64,000 bases of DNA from assembly GCA_033763255.1 (NCBI GenBank), contig JANRKX010000083.1, positions 19,061-83,060 on the forward strand. The letters are read 5' to 3'. The translations under genes and the position numbers were made by a program. The notes below the pieces were generated by a model, which worked only from the letters and a program-made list of their open reading frames with translations, was not told the DNA's origin and did not search any database. Each line of letters begins with the position of its first letter. Position 1 is the first letter of the stretch. Source of the stretch: Acidobacteriota bacterium (lineage in GTDB: Bacteria; Acidobacteriota; Blastocatellia; RBC074). Of the stretch, positions 1 to 11,646 are shown in pieces.

Positions 1-413
1 GCGAGATTCAGGATTTTCACGGTGATGACAAATCAATGCGCTCGGCTGTGTTGGAGCAATTGCGCGGCCAGTTCAAGCCGGAGTTTTTGAACCGTATTGA
101 CGACATTATCATCTTCAAGAGTCTTGGGATCGAACAGATTCGTTCGATCATCAAGGTTCAGTTGGAATCGTTGCGAAAGATGCTGGCCGACCGAAAAATC
201 ACGCTGGCGCTGGACGCTTCGGCGGAAGAGTTACTTTCGCGCGAAGGTTACGATCCGGTTTACGGCGCGCGTCCGTTGAAACGCGCGATTCAAAGTTTGA
301 TTCAGAATCCGTTGGCGATGAAATTGCTCGGCGGCGAAGTCAAACCCGGCGACACGCTCACGGTCAAAGGCGATTTGGAAAGCGGGCAGATGTTGTTTGC
401 GACAGGAGCGTAA
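1..413 (+). CDS. clpB: ATP-dependent chaperone ClpB, C-terminal part (5' truncated by window edge)
   Basis: FKPEFLNRIDDIIIF and GYDPVYGARPLKRAIQ motifs of the ClpB NBD2 small domain; frame open to window start; lies next to grpE. Confidence 0.85.
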   Translation, partial: EIQDFHGDDKSMRSAVLEQLRGQFKPEFLNRIDDIIIFKSLGIEQIRSIIKVQLESLRKMLADRKITLALDASAEELLSREGYDPVYGARPLKRAIQSLIQNPLAMKLLGGEVKPGDTLTVKGDLESGQMLFATGA

Positions 414-420
414 GACGTGA

Positions 421-535
421 TGGGGAGACAGAGGGAAAGAGGGATTGAGAGAAGGAGAGATTGCGTCCCGATCCATCTCATTATCCCTCCGTCCTTCAAT
501 CTCCCTATCCCGCTGTCGTTCTGCTGCCTTGTCTG
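421..535. repeat. Degenerate octamer tandem repeats, purine-rich arm then pyrimidine-rich arm (hairpin-like)
   Basis: gagacagagggaaagagggattgagagaagg ... tccctccgtccttcaatctccctatcccgctgtc between clpB and grpE. Confidence 0.55.
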
Positions 536-614
536 ACCTCAACTGCGATGATAGATTGCCCGTCCTTCATTGGCGGTTTAATAAGAAGCACTTTTACACA
601 CAGTTTTTCTAGCT

Positions 615-1286
615 ATGAATTCAAACACAGGTAACGAAGCAAGTCAGGCGGCAACAGCGGAAGCCGCAGAGATTCATGAAATCCGCGTCAACGACAAGCG
701 GCGGTTTACGCCCGAAGGCGAACTCATCGCCGAAAACGCAGACGCAACTCCAACAGACAATTCATCCGAAGAACTCGAAATTCTTCAGACAAAACTGAAA
801 GAAGCGGAAGAAAAACGTCGTGAAGCCGAGTTGAAGCTCAGCGAACACGCCGACAAATTTCGCAAAGCGGAAGAGCGGCTACGAAGTGAAACGGAGGAAA
901 TGCGCGCTCGATTGAATCGCACCGCTGAACAACGACTGGAAGCGGCGCGCGGAGATTTGGTCGCCGGGTTGTTGGACACGCTCGACAATTTGAAACGCGC
1001 GGTCGTCGCTGCCGAAGCCAGCCAACACAACGAAACCGATTTCAACGCCTTGCTCGAAGGCGTCAGAGCGACCGCCGGATTGTTTGAATCGAAAATGATC
1101 GGGCTTGGTCTGGAGCCTGTCGAAAGTGTCGGCCAGGATTTCAATCCGGAAATCCATGAAGCTGTCGAAATGGTTCCGGTCGAAGCCGATCAGGACAATA
1201 AAGTCATTGCCGAATATCAAACCGGCTACAAATTCGGAGACCGCTTGCTGCGCCCGGCGCGTGTTCGCGTGGGCAGAGCGAGCTAA
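615..1286 (+). CDS. grpE: Nucleotide exchange factor GrpE
   Basis: Coiled-coil N-half, [36 protein letters not shown]. Confidence 0.95.
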   Translation: MNSNTGNEASQAATAEAAEIHEIRVNDKRRFTPEGELIAENADATPTDNSSEELEILQTKLKEAEEKRREAELKLSEHADKFRKAEERLRSETEEMRARLNRTAEQRLEAARGDLVAGLLDTLDNLKRAVVAAEASQHNETDFNALLEGVRATAGLFESKMIGLGLEPVESVGQDFNPEIHEAVEMVPVEADQDNKVIAEYQTGYKFGDRLLRPARVRVGRAS

Positions 1287-1303
1287 ACACTAAACAATTG
1301 ATA

Positions 1304-1373
1304 CGGAACCGGGAGCAGTAGCGACCGGGTAGGTTATTCAGCCATACCCGGTCGCTACCGCCCCCCGGTTCCG
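1304..1373. repeat. REP-like palindromic element (GGAGCGGTAGCGAC family)
   Basis: cggaaccgggagcagtagcgaccgggta ... tacccggtcgctaccgccccccggttccg; related copies at 27003-27092 and 44473-44555. Confidence 0.75.
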
Positions 1374-1381
1374 AACCGTAA

Positions 1382-3007
<1,626 letters not shown>

Positions 3008-3009
3008 AA

Positions 3010-3090
3010 GTAGTCGGAAGTCGGTAGTCAGGAATCAGTAGAGCCTCCATTGAAGATTCTACTGACTTCCGTCTACCGACTCCCGGCTAC
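3010..3090. repeat. Heptamer tandem-repeat hairpin
   Basis: agtcgga/agtcggt/agtcagg ... actgact/accgact/cggctac inverted arrangement after groEL stop. Confidence 0.6.
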
Positions 3091-3104
3091 TCTGTTGGCA
3101 TTCC

Positions 3105-3133
3105 TTGACACTGCCAATTGTGAGCAGTAGCTT
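3105..3133 (+). promoter_or_regulatory. Putative sigma70 promoter for the Clp ATPase gene
   Basis: TTGACA (3105-3110), 17-nt spacer, TAGCTT (3128-3133); TTGGCA-N11-TGCCAA inverted repeat straddles the -35. Confidence 0.55.
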
Positions 3134-3321
3134 TACCGCGCCTTCCAAAACTGCGCGGTTATTTGATCTTCGCCGCGATCCGAAAGTGAAAAAGAAACGT
3201 CGAAATTGTTTGCTGGCGGACTGTGAAGTTTCGATCTGACGGGGTAGACTTTTCGTAGTTGAAGATGGTGTTGAGAACCTGATTTTTTCAGGCGAGTTTA
3301 TTCATAGAGAGGTAAAAAGCC

Positions 3322-5583
<2,262 letters not shown>

Positions 5584-5607
5584 CTGCGAGCTTGATTTCA
5601 GTAACGC

Positions 5608-5649
5608 AAAACTGCCCGGCGAACGGTTGATTCGCCGGGCAGTTGTTTT
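5608..5649. terminator. Intrinsic, probably bidirectional terminator
   Basis: aactgcccggcgaa-cggttga-ttcgccgggcagtt with A/T flanks, between convergent genes. Confidence 0.75.
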
Positions 5650-8600
5650 TAGCGGAGAAGCCTTAACAACCAGTTCGATTCATCCAGCTTTCTTCCCCAC
5701 AAGCGATGCTGTCGCGTGAAAACACGTACGGATTTATCGTGTCCGCCGGAAGCCAGTTGCTTTCCATCAGGCGAAAAAGCGATGGCGGAAATGGATGCCG
5801 TGTGGATGCCGATTTCAGCAACCTGGCGGCGTGTTGCAACTTGCCAGAGCCTTATCTTTTGGTCATCGCCAACGCTGGCGACCTGTGTGCCGTCAGGCGA
5901 AAAGGCTATTTGTTTGACGCGCGTGGCGTGGTTGCCCAGTCGCCCGATGCGAGCGAGCGGGTCAGTTTGGAAAAGCATCAGTTCGCCGCTGACGTTACCG
6001 ATAATGATGTATCGCCCATCAGGCGACATAGCAGCGCCACCGCTGTCGCCAACTTTGATTTGGCCAAGCAGTCGCCACTGCTCTGTTTCCCATACACAAA
6101 GGCGTCCAAACCCGGCGGCGGCAAGCCGTTTCCCGTCTGCTGAAATCGCGGCGCTCATCGTCCCCCAACTTTCGACTCCAAGCGACGAACTGTACTGAAA
6201 AAGCAGCTTTCCCGTAGCAGCGTCATAAACTCCATCGAAAGCTGCAATCCAGCGCCCTTCCGGCGAAATCGAGATTCGTTTGGCGCCGAAGTCGGTTTTA
6301 ACCCGCCATCGAGGTTGACGCTCGGCAAGCTCCCAGCGAATCAACTCGCCGTCCCAACCATTTGAAACAAGCCATTGGCTGTCAGGCGAAAAGGCAACGC
6401 CGTTGACATGCGATTGATGTCCAACCAGAGCCATTTCCTTGCGCCCGCTGTAGGCGTTCCAGATCAAGACCGAACGGTCTTCGCTGCCTGATGCGATGTG
6501 TTGGCCATCGGGAGAAAAGGCTACTGCCGCAACCGGACTGCTGTGTTGAGCCAGGTCGCCAGCGCGTTCGCGTGCAATCACGTCCCACAGCAGGATTGAG
6601 CCGTCGTCGTGCGTCGAAACCAAATACTGCCCGTCTGGTGACCACGTCAACCCCCAAATTTCGGCTGAATGATCCCATTGTGTGATGATTTCCTGAGTCG
6701 CGGCATTCCACAGGATGATGTCATCCGCACCAGTGGCCACTAATTTGCCGTCGGGCGAAAAGGCCACCGCACGCCCGTTGTCGTGATGGACGAAATGTGG
6801 CGAGCAAATCGCCTTCCCTCGCGCCGGATCGTAAAACACTACTTCCCCACGAATCCTTACCGTTACCAGCCGCAATCCATCCCGCGAAAATTCGACACCG
6901 GCAGCGAAGTCGAAGCCAGCCGGCCGCTTCACTTCTTGCCCCGTTTCAACGTCGAATGTCTGGCCAGCGTTAAACAAAAGCTGTGGATGCTTTGGGGAAA
7001 ACAGCAAAGGAGACCAATCCCCTGAATACATGGGAATCTCGCGGTGTTTCTCCCAACTTTCAACGTGCCAGACTGCCGTAACGCCAGTCCCGACGTTGAG
7101 CCCTGCCGCCAGATATTTGCCGTCGGGAGAAAAAGCGACGCCAGTGAAAGGGCCGCGCGGATCGTGCAAAACTTTGATCTTCTCCAAGCTTTCCGCATCC
7201 CACACGATCACGCTTCGATCCCAACTTGCCGTCGCCAAGAACCGTCCGTCGGGCGAAAAAGAAACCGCCACCACCCAGGCCGTGTGATCCTTCAGTTCGC
7301 GCTTCAGTTCGCGCCGGTTAAAATCCCACACGCGCACGCGACTGTCTTCACCGACCGAAACCAGCCAGTGGCCATTGGGCGAAAAAGCCGCGCGTCGCAC
7401 GCCCGCCGTATGCCCATCGCGCAAGACTCGTTCATCCCATTTTTCCTCAACGGAATTCCACGCAGTGAAAACCAGTGTCACCAAACCGGCCAACATTGCG
7501 ATTGCTGCTACTTTGCCCAGTGCGCTCAAATAACTGCGCCGTAGTAACGAAGATTCCAATGAGCCGCGTTTGACAGTCGAGTGTCGCCCAATTGTCCATA
7601 GTGCGGCGGGCGACAGGCGGATGCTTTTGTCACTGGCATAAAGCGCGACGGCTTGATTCAACAGTTGGTTGGCGCGTTTTTCCGCCAGCGTCCGGGCGCG
7701 CTCTTCAAGCTTGGTTTGCGCTGGCGGACGAAGTTCATTCAGCGCGTCCAGCATTTCCCCAGCGGAAGCAAGCCGTTCATCGCGGGATTTTCGCGTAGCC
7801 TTCTTCACGACGGCATCAAGCGCCGCAGGCAGGTCTTTGCGCTGTGCGTTGAGCGGCGGGAGTTCTTCAGACTTTCTTACGGCCTCCAGCTTTTCCTGAA
7901 GCGATAGTTTGGCGTAAGGATGCCCCGCGAGCATTTCGTACATCAATACGCCGAGCGAAAAAATATCCGTCCGGGCGTCTATTTCTTTTTCTCCACGCGC
8001 CTGTTCCGGCGACAAATAACCGGGCGTTCCCAACACCAACCCGGCTAGTGTCGCATTTGATTGGCTTGTCAGGTTGCCACCACTGGTTTCGGCTGCGGGC
8101 AGATCGAAGCGTTTGGCGATACCGAAATCCAGCGCCTTGACCAAACCGTCGGCCCGCAACATGACGTTTTCCGGTTTGATGTCGCGGTGAATGATGCCTG
8201 CGTTGTGGGCTGCATTGAGTGCGGCAGCGATTTCCGCGCCGATGCCGACGGCTTCCTGCCAACTCGGTTTGGAATCTTGCAGCCGCTGCCGCAGTGTCCG
8301 GCCTTCGACAAATTCATAAGCGATAAAAACTGTTTCTTCGTGCTGGCCGATTTCGTGAACGGTGATGATATTCGGATGGTTCAACATCGAAGCCGCGCGC
8401 GCTTCCCGCTCGAAGCGTTGCAGCAGCGCAGGCGAAGAACCCAAATGCGCCGTCAGAAACTTGATCGCCACTTGCCGATTCAGCTTTGAATCTTCGGCCA
8501 GCCAAACTTCGCCCATTCCGCCTTCGCCCAGCAGCCGCAGAATCTGATAATGGCCGACTTGCTCTCCCGCCCAATCTCGCCGTGAAGCGTCGGCCAGTTG

Positions 8601-8813
8601 TCGCGCGGCCAGTTTGATGGCTGATGTCGGCAACGCTCCATCATCGTTATTCGCGTGATCCAGCAAGGATTCAAGCTCTGCGCGCATCTCGACATCGTCG
8701 CGGCAAGCCTCGGCCAGGAAAGCCTTGCGTTCCGCCGGAGGGAGTTGGATGGCTTGTTCGAACAATTCAATCAGCCGTTCACTGCGATCATCGGGTGTGT
8801 CATCTGAGTTCAT
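5649..8813 (-). CDS. Hanks-type Ser/Thr protein kinase with one TM segment and C-terminal WD40 repeats
   Basis: GEGGMGEV, VAIK, HRDIKPEN, DFGIAK, GTPGYLSPE; TM VAAIAMLAGLVTLVFTAW; many AFSPDG...WD repeats; ATG 8813 preceded by GGAGG. Confidence 0.92.
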   Translation of the reverse strand: MNSDDTPDDRSERLIELFEQAIQLPPAERKAFLAEACRDDVEMRAELESLLDHANNDDGALPTSAIKLAARQLADASRRDWAGEQVGHYQILRLLGEGGMGEVWLAEDSKLNRQVAIKFLTAHLGSSPALLQRFEREARAASMLNHPNIITVHEIGQHEETVFIAYEFVEGRTLRQRLQDSKPSWQEAVGIGAEIAAALNAAHNAGIIHRDIKPENVMLRADGLVKALDFGIAKRFDLPAAETSGGNLTSQSNATLAGLVLGTPGYLSPEQARGEKEIDARTDIFSLGVLMYEMLAGHPYAKLSLQEKLEAVRKSEELPPLNAQRKDLPAALDAVVKKATRKSRDERLASAGEMLDALNELRPPAQTKLEERARTLAEKRANQLLNQAVALYASDKSIRLSPAALWTIGRHSTVKRGSLESSLLRRSYLSALGKVAAIAMLAGLVTLVFTAWNSVEEKWDERVLRDGHTAGVRRAAFSPNGHWLVSVGEDSRVRVWDFNRRELKRELKDHTAWVVAVSFSPDGRFLATASWDRSVIVWDAESLEKIKVLHDPRGPFTGVAFSPDGKYLAAGLNVGTGVTAVWHVESWEKHREIPMYSGDWSPLLFSPKHPQLLFNAGQTFDVETGQEVKRPAGFDFAAGVEFSRDGLRLVTVRIRGEVVFYDPARGKAICSPHFVHHDNGRAVAFSPDGKLVATGADDIILWNAATQEIITQWDHSAEIWGLTWSPDGQYLVSTHDDGSILLWDVIARERAGDLAQHSSPVAAVAFSPDGQHIASGSEDRSVLIWNAYSGRKEMALVGHQSHVNGVAFSPDSQWLVSNGWDGELIRWELAERQPRWRVKTDFGAKRISISPEGRWIAAFDGVYDAATGKLLFQYSSSLGVESWGTMSAAISADGKRLAAAGFGRLCVWETEQWRLLGQIKVGDSGGAAMSPDGRYIIIGNVSGELMLFQTDPLARIGRLGNHATRVKQIAFSPDGTQVASVGDDQKIRLWQVATRRQVAEIGIHTASISAIAFSPDGKQLASGGHDKSVRVFTRQHRLWGRKLDESNWLLRLLR

Positions 8814-8859
8814 TGTGGGATACCTCCGTTGAAGCGCGATTGTCACGACCGCGTTTCGG

Positions 8860-9417
8860 CTATTTTTCCAATTCTCGCCGCAACCAGGTCATCGCAAAGT
8901 TCCAGTAACGGGTCGCTGCCGTTTCGGAAATGCTCATCGCTTCGGCGATTTCCTTGTTCTGGAACCCGCCGAAGAAACGCCATTCGACGACAAACGCCGC
9001 GTTGGCGTTGAATGCGGCCAATCGTTCCATGGCTTCGTGAATGGCTACGATGTCGGCGAGCGATGTCGTCTGGCAGATGGTGACATCGCCCAGCGAAACC
9101 TGCGCCGCGCCGCCGCCACGCTTTTGGTAGGCTTGCGCCCGCGCCCAATCCACCAGAATGTGGCGCATTGTCGTTGCGGCCACGGCGATGAAATGCGCGC
9201 GGCTTTGCCAATTGACCTGCCCGCTTTCCAGCAATCGCACCCAGGCTTCATTAACCAACCCCGTTGTTTGCAGCGTGTGGCCATCGCGCTCGCCGCGCAA
9301 GTAATGGCGCGCCAAGCGGCGCAACTCCGCGTCCACCAGCGCCGCAAGCTGTTCAAACGCCTGCCGGTCGCCCGCGCGCCAAGCCGCCAATAGATCGGTA
9401 AATTGTGGTGTAGTCAT
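8860..9417 (-). CDS. ECF-type RNA polymerase sigma factor (TIGR02999-like, kinase-associated)
   Basis: [47 protein letters not shown], C-terminal region 4 HTH; directly upstream of the kinase. Confidence 0.9.
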   Translation of the reverse strand: [185 protein letters not shown]

Positions 9418-9702
9418 GTTCTCGCCCCTTCTTCAGGCTGTATTGGTCGGGGAACCGACTGTCGTGTTGAACTCAACGCAACCTTGAGGACAGGCTGCGG
9501 CTTGTGAGAGCGCTGAATAAAATTTTTCAGCCGCGTGAAATTTCCCGCCGCAGTTATCGCTTACGACGGCAGAGCAAAAACGCTCGGCTGATGGCCAAAG
9601 GTGAATTGCCGGACTGATGAAGAGGTCTGCAATTTACCACCGGCCTTCGGCCAATGGCAAAAGTTTTCCTCAATGCAGAAGTTATAAACAGGAGATAAAG
9701 CA

Positions 9703-10218
9703 ATGACTCAGTCAAATTTTGGTGATGCCCACATTGCTGCTCGCCAAGAAGATAATCTTAAAGGGGTTAAGGGGTGGTTGTTGGTTTTCTGCATCATTCT
9801 TACCGTTATCAGTCCAGTGATTACTATTTTTGGCGTTGTGGTAGGTTGGCGAGCAGCCAGTCCTCTGTTTGATAAAGTGCCGGGTTTAGATGGGTTAATC
9901 TTGCTGGACTCTTTGTTAAATTTGGGGATTGCAGGGCTGGCTATTTTTGTTGGAGTCCGGCTTTGGAGCGTCAAGCCCAGTGCGGACAAAACAGCGAAAT
10001 CGTTTTTGGTTGCTTTGCCTATTATTCGCGCCGTTATGTTTATGATTGTTCTCTTCAGCGACGTTCGCGGGCTTGGATTCGCAGCATTTATGGCGCTGTT
10101 TCAGGCTTCTGTTTTTGCGATGATCTGGCACGCTTATTTGGATCGCTCCAAGCGAGTTCAAGCTACTTTTGCCCAAGTGCCTAAACAAGTTTCCATCTCC
10201 CAAACCGAAGCACAATAA
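9703..10218 (+). CDS. DUF2569-like integral membrane protein
   Basis: GVKGWLL N-motif, about 4 TM helices, YLDRSKRVQATF C-motif; AGGAG RBS. Confidence 0.75.
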   Translation: MTQSNFGDAHIAARQEDNLKGVKGWLLVFCIILTVISPVITIFGVVVGWRAASPLFDKVPGLDGLILLDSLLNLGIAGLAIFVGVRLWSVKPSADKTAKSFLVALPIIRAVMFMIVLFSDVRGLGFAAFMALFQASVFAMIWHAYLDRSKRVQATFAQVPKQVSISQTEAQ

Positions 10219-10230
10219 GTGGAGTTGCCC

Positions 10231-11646
10231 ATGTCTATCATCAATACTCCGGCACCAGTTCTTTCGGCAGAGTTGTTTAATATCCCGGTCGAGAATAATC
10301 GCTACATTGTTTATGCGCCGTTACGCCGCGCAGCCTTTGTTGCCAATGCCAGCGTGGTGAATTTTCTAGCCTCTCTCAAAGAAGGGCACAGCGATTTATC
10401 CGCTGACCCAGACGGTTCGTTAGTCGAATTGCTACGACTGCTTGAAATACTTGATGCGCCGCCCGAACAATTGCCAATCTCGGAATTCAGCGGAGACCCT
10501 GAACCAACCTCTGTCACCTTATTCTTAACCACGGCCTGCAATCTTCGTTGTACCTATTGCTATGCCTCAGCGGGCGACACGCCAACAAAATATATGCCGC
10601 TTGATGTCGCCAAAGGCGGCATTGATTTTGTTGCAGCAAATGCAGTCAAGAAAGGATTGCCGGAATTTGAGATTGCCTACCACGGTGGAGGCGAACCCAC
10701 GGTCAACTGGCGCGTGATGACGGAATCGCTCAACTATGCGCGCCAAAAGGCCGCCGAATTGAATCTGGAGGTGCGCGCGGCTTCAGCCTCGAACGGCGTG
10801 CTCAATGACGGGCAGATTGATTGGATCATCGCCAATTTGCAGGGCGTCAACATCTCATTCGACGGGCTGCCTTTGGCGCACGACAAGCACCGGCTGACAG
10901 TGCTGGGGCAAGGTTCCAGCCACTTGGTGATGCGCACGATCCGCCGCTTCGACGAAGCGAAATTCCCTTACGGGCTTCGCGTCACAGTCACGCGCGATCA
11001 AATTGCCCAATTGCCGGAATCCATAGAATTCATTTGCGCGAATTTCAATGTCGAGCGCATTCAGGTTGAGCCAGCCTATCAATTGGGTCGTTGGACCGCC
11101 GCGCCCTCTGCGGAGACTGAAGAATTCATCGCCGCTTATCGCGAAGCGCAAGCCCGCGCCCGTCAGCACAGTCGTGCAATCAGCTATTCCGCCGCGCGCG
11201 CCGGTTTGCTGACCAATCACTTCTGCGGCGTTTCGCAAGACACTTTCGCGCTTTCGCCGGATGGCAACGTGTCCTCCTGCTATGAAGTCTTTTCGGAAGA
11301 CAACCCGCAAGCGAAGTTCTTCTTTTACGGGGCGCCAGCGGAAGAAACGGGCCAATACCGCTTCAATCTACCTGTGCTGAACAACCTGCGTCATCTTGGC
11401 GTGCAGCATCGTGAGTTTTGCCGGGGCTGTTTCGCCAAATGGTCATGCGCGGGCGATTGTTATCACAAAGCGCTGACGGTCACCGGCAGCGAAGAGTTTC
11501 AAGGCTCAGACCGCTGCCACATCACGCGCGAACTGACGAAAGATCAAATTTTGGAAAAGATCGCTGCACCGGGCGGCCTGTTCTGGCATGAAGGGAACTT
11601 GGCAGATGGGAACGTCATTGCAAAAGGCAAGGAGATGTTTGTATGA
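10231..11646 (+). CDS. Radical SAM/SPASM domain protein, probable peptide/protein maturase (alternative GTG start 10219)
   Basis: CNLRCTYC cluster motif, HGGGEPT, ISFDG; SPASM Cys set FCG...SSC...CRGCFAKWSCAGDC...DRC. Confidence 0.92.
   Translation: MSIINTPAPVLSAELFNIPVENNRYIVYAPLRRAAFVANASVVNFLASLKEGHSDLSADPDGSLVELLRLLEILDAPPEQLPISEFSGDPEPTSVTLFLTTACNLRCTYCYASAGDTPTKYMPLDVAKGGIDFVAANAVKKGLPEFEIAYHGGGEPTVNWRVMTESLNYARQKAAELNLEVRAASASNGVLNDGQIDWIIANLQGVNISFDGLPLAHDKHRLTVLGQGSSHLVMRTIRRFDEAKFPYGLRVTVTRDQIAQLPESIEFICANFNVERIQVEPAYQLGRWTAAPSAETEEFIAAYREAQARARQHSRAISYSAARAGLLTNHFCGVSQDTFALSPDGNVSSCYEVFSEDNPQAKFFFYGAPAEETGQYRFNLPVLNNLRHLGVQHREFCRGCFAKWSCAGDCYHKALTVTGSEEFQGSDRCHITRELTKDQILEKIAAPGGLFWHEGNLADGNVIAKGKEMFV

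Noticed and set aside
3095-3117. CIRCE/HrcA element in the chaperone cluster
   Set aside because: Arms lack CTC/GAG and the spacing does not fit TTAGCACTC-N9-GAGTGCTAA.
9590-9665. Hammerhead ribozyme suggested by CTGATGA at about 9614
   Set aside because: No stem II closed by GAAA follows the motif; treated as an ordinary inverted repeat.
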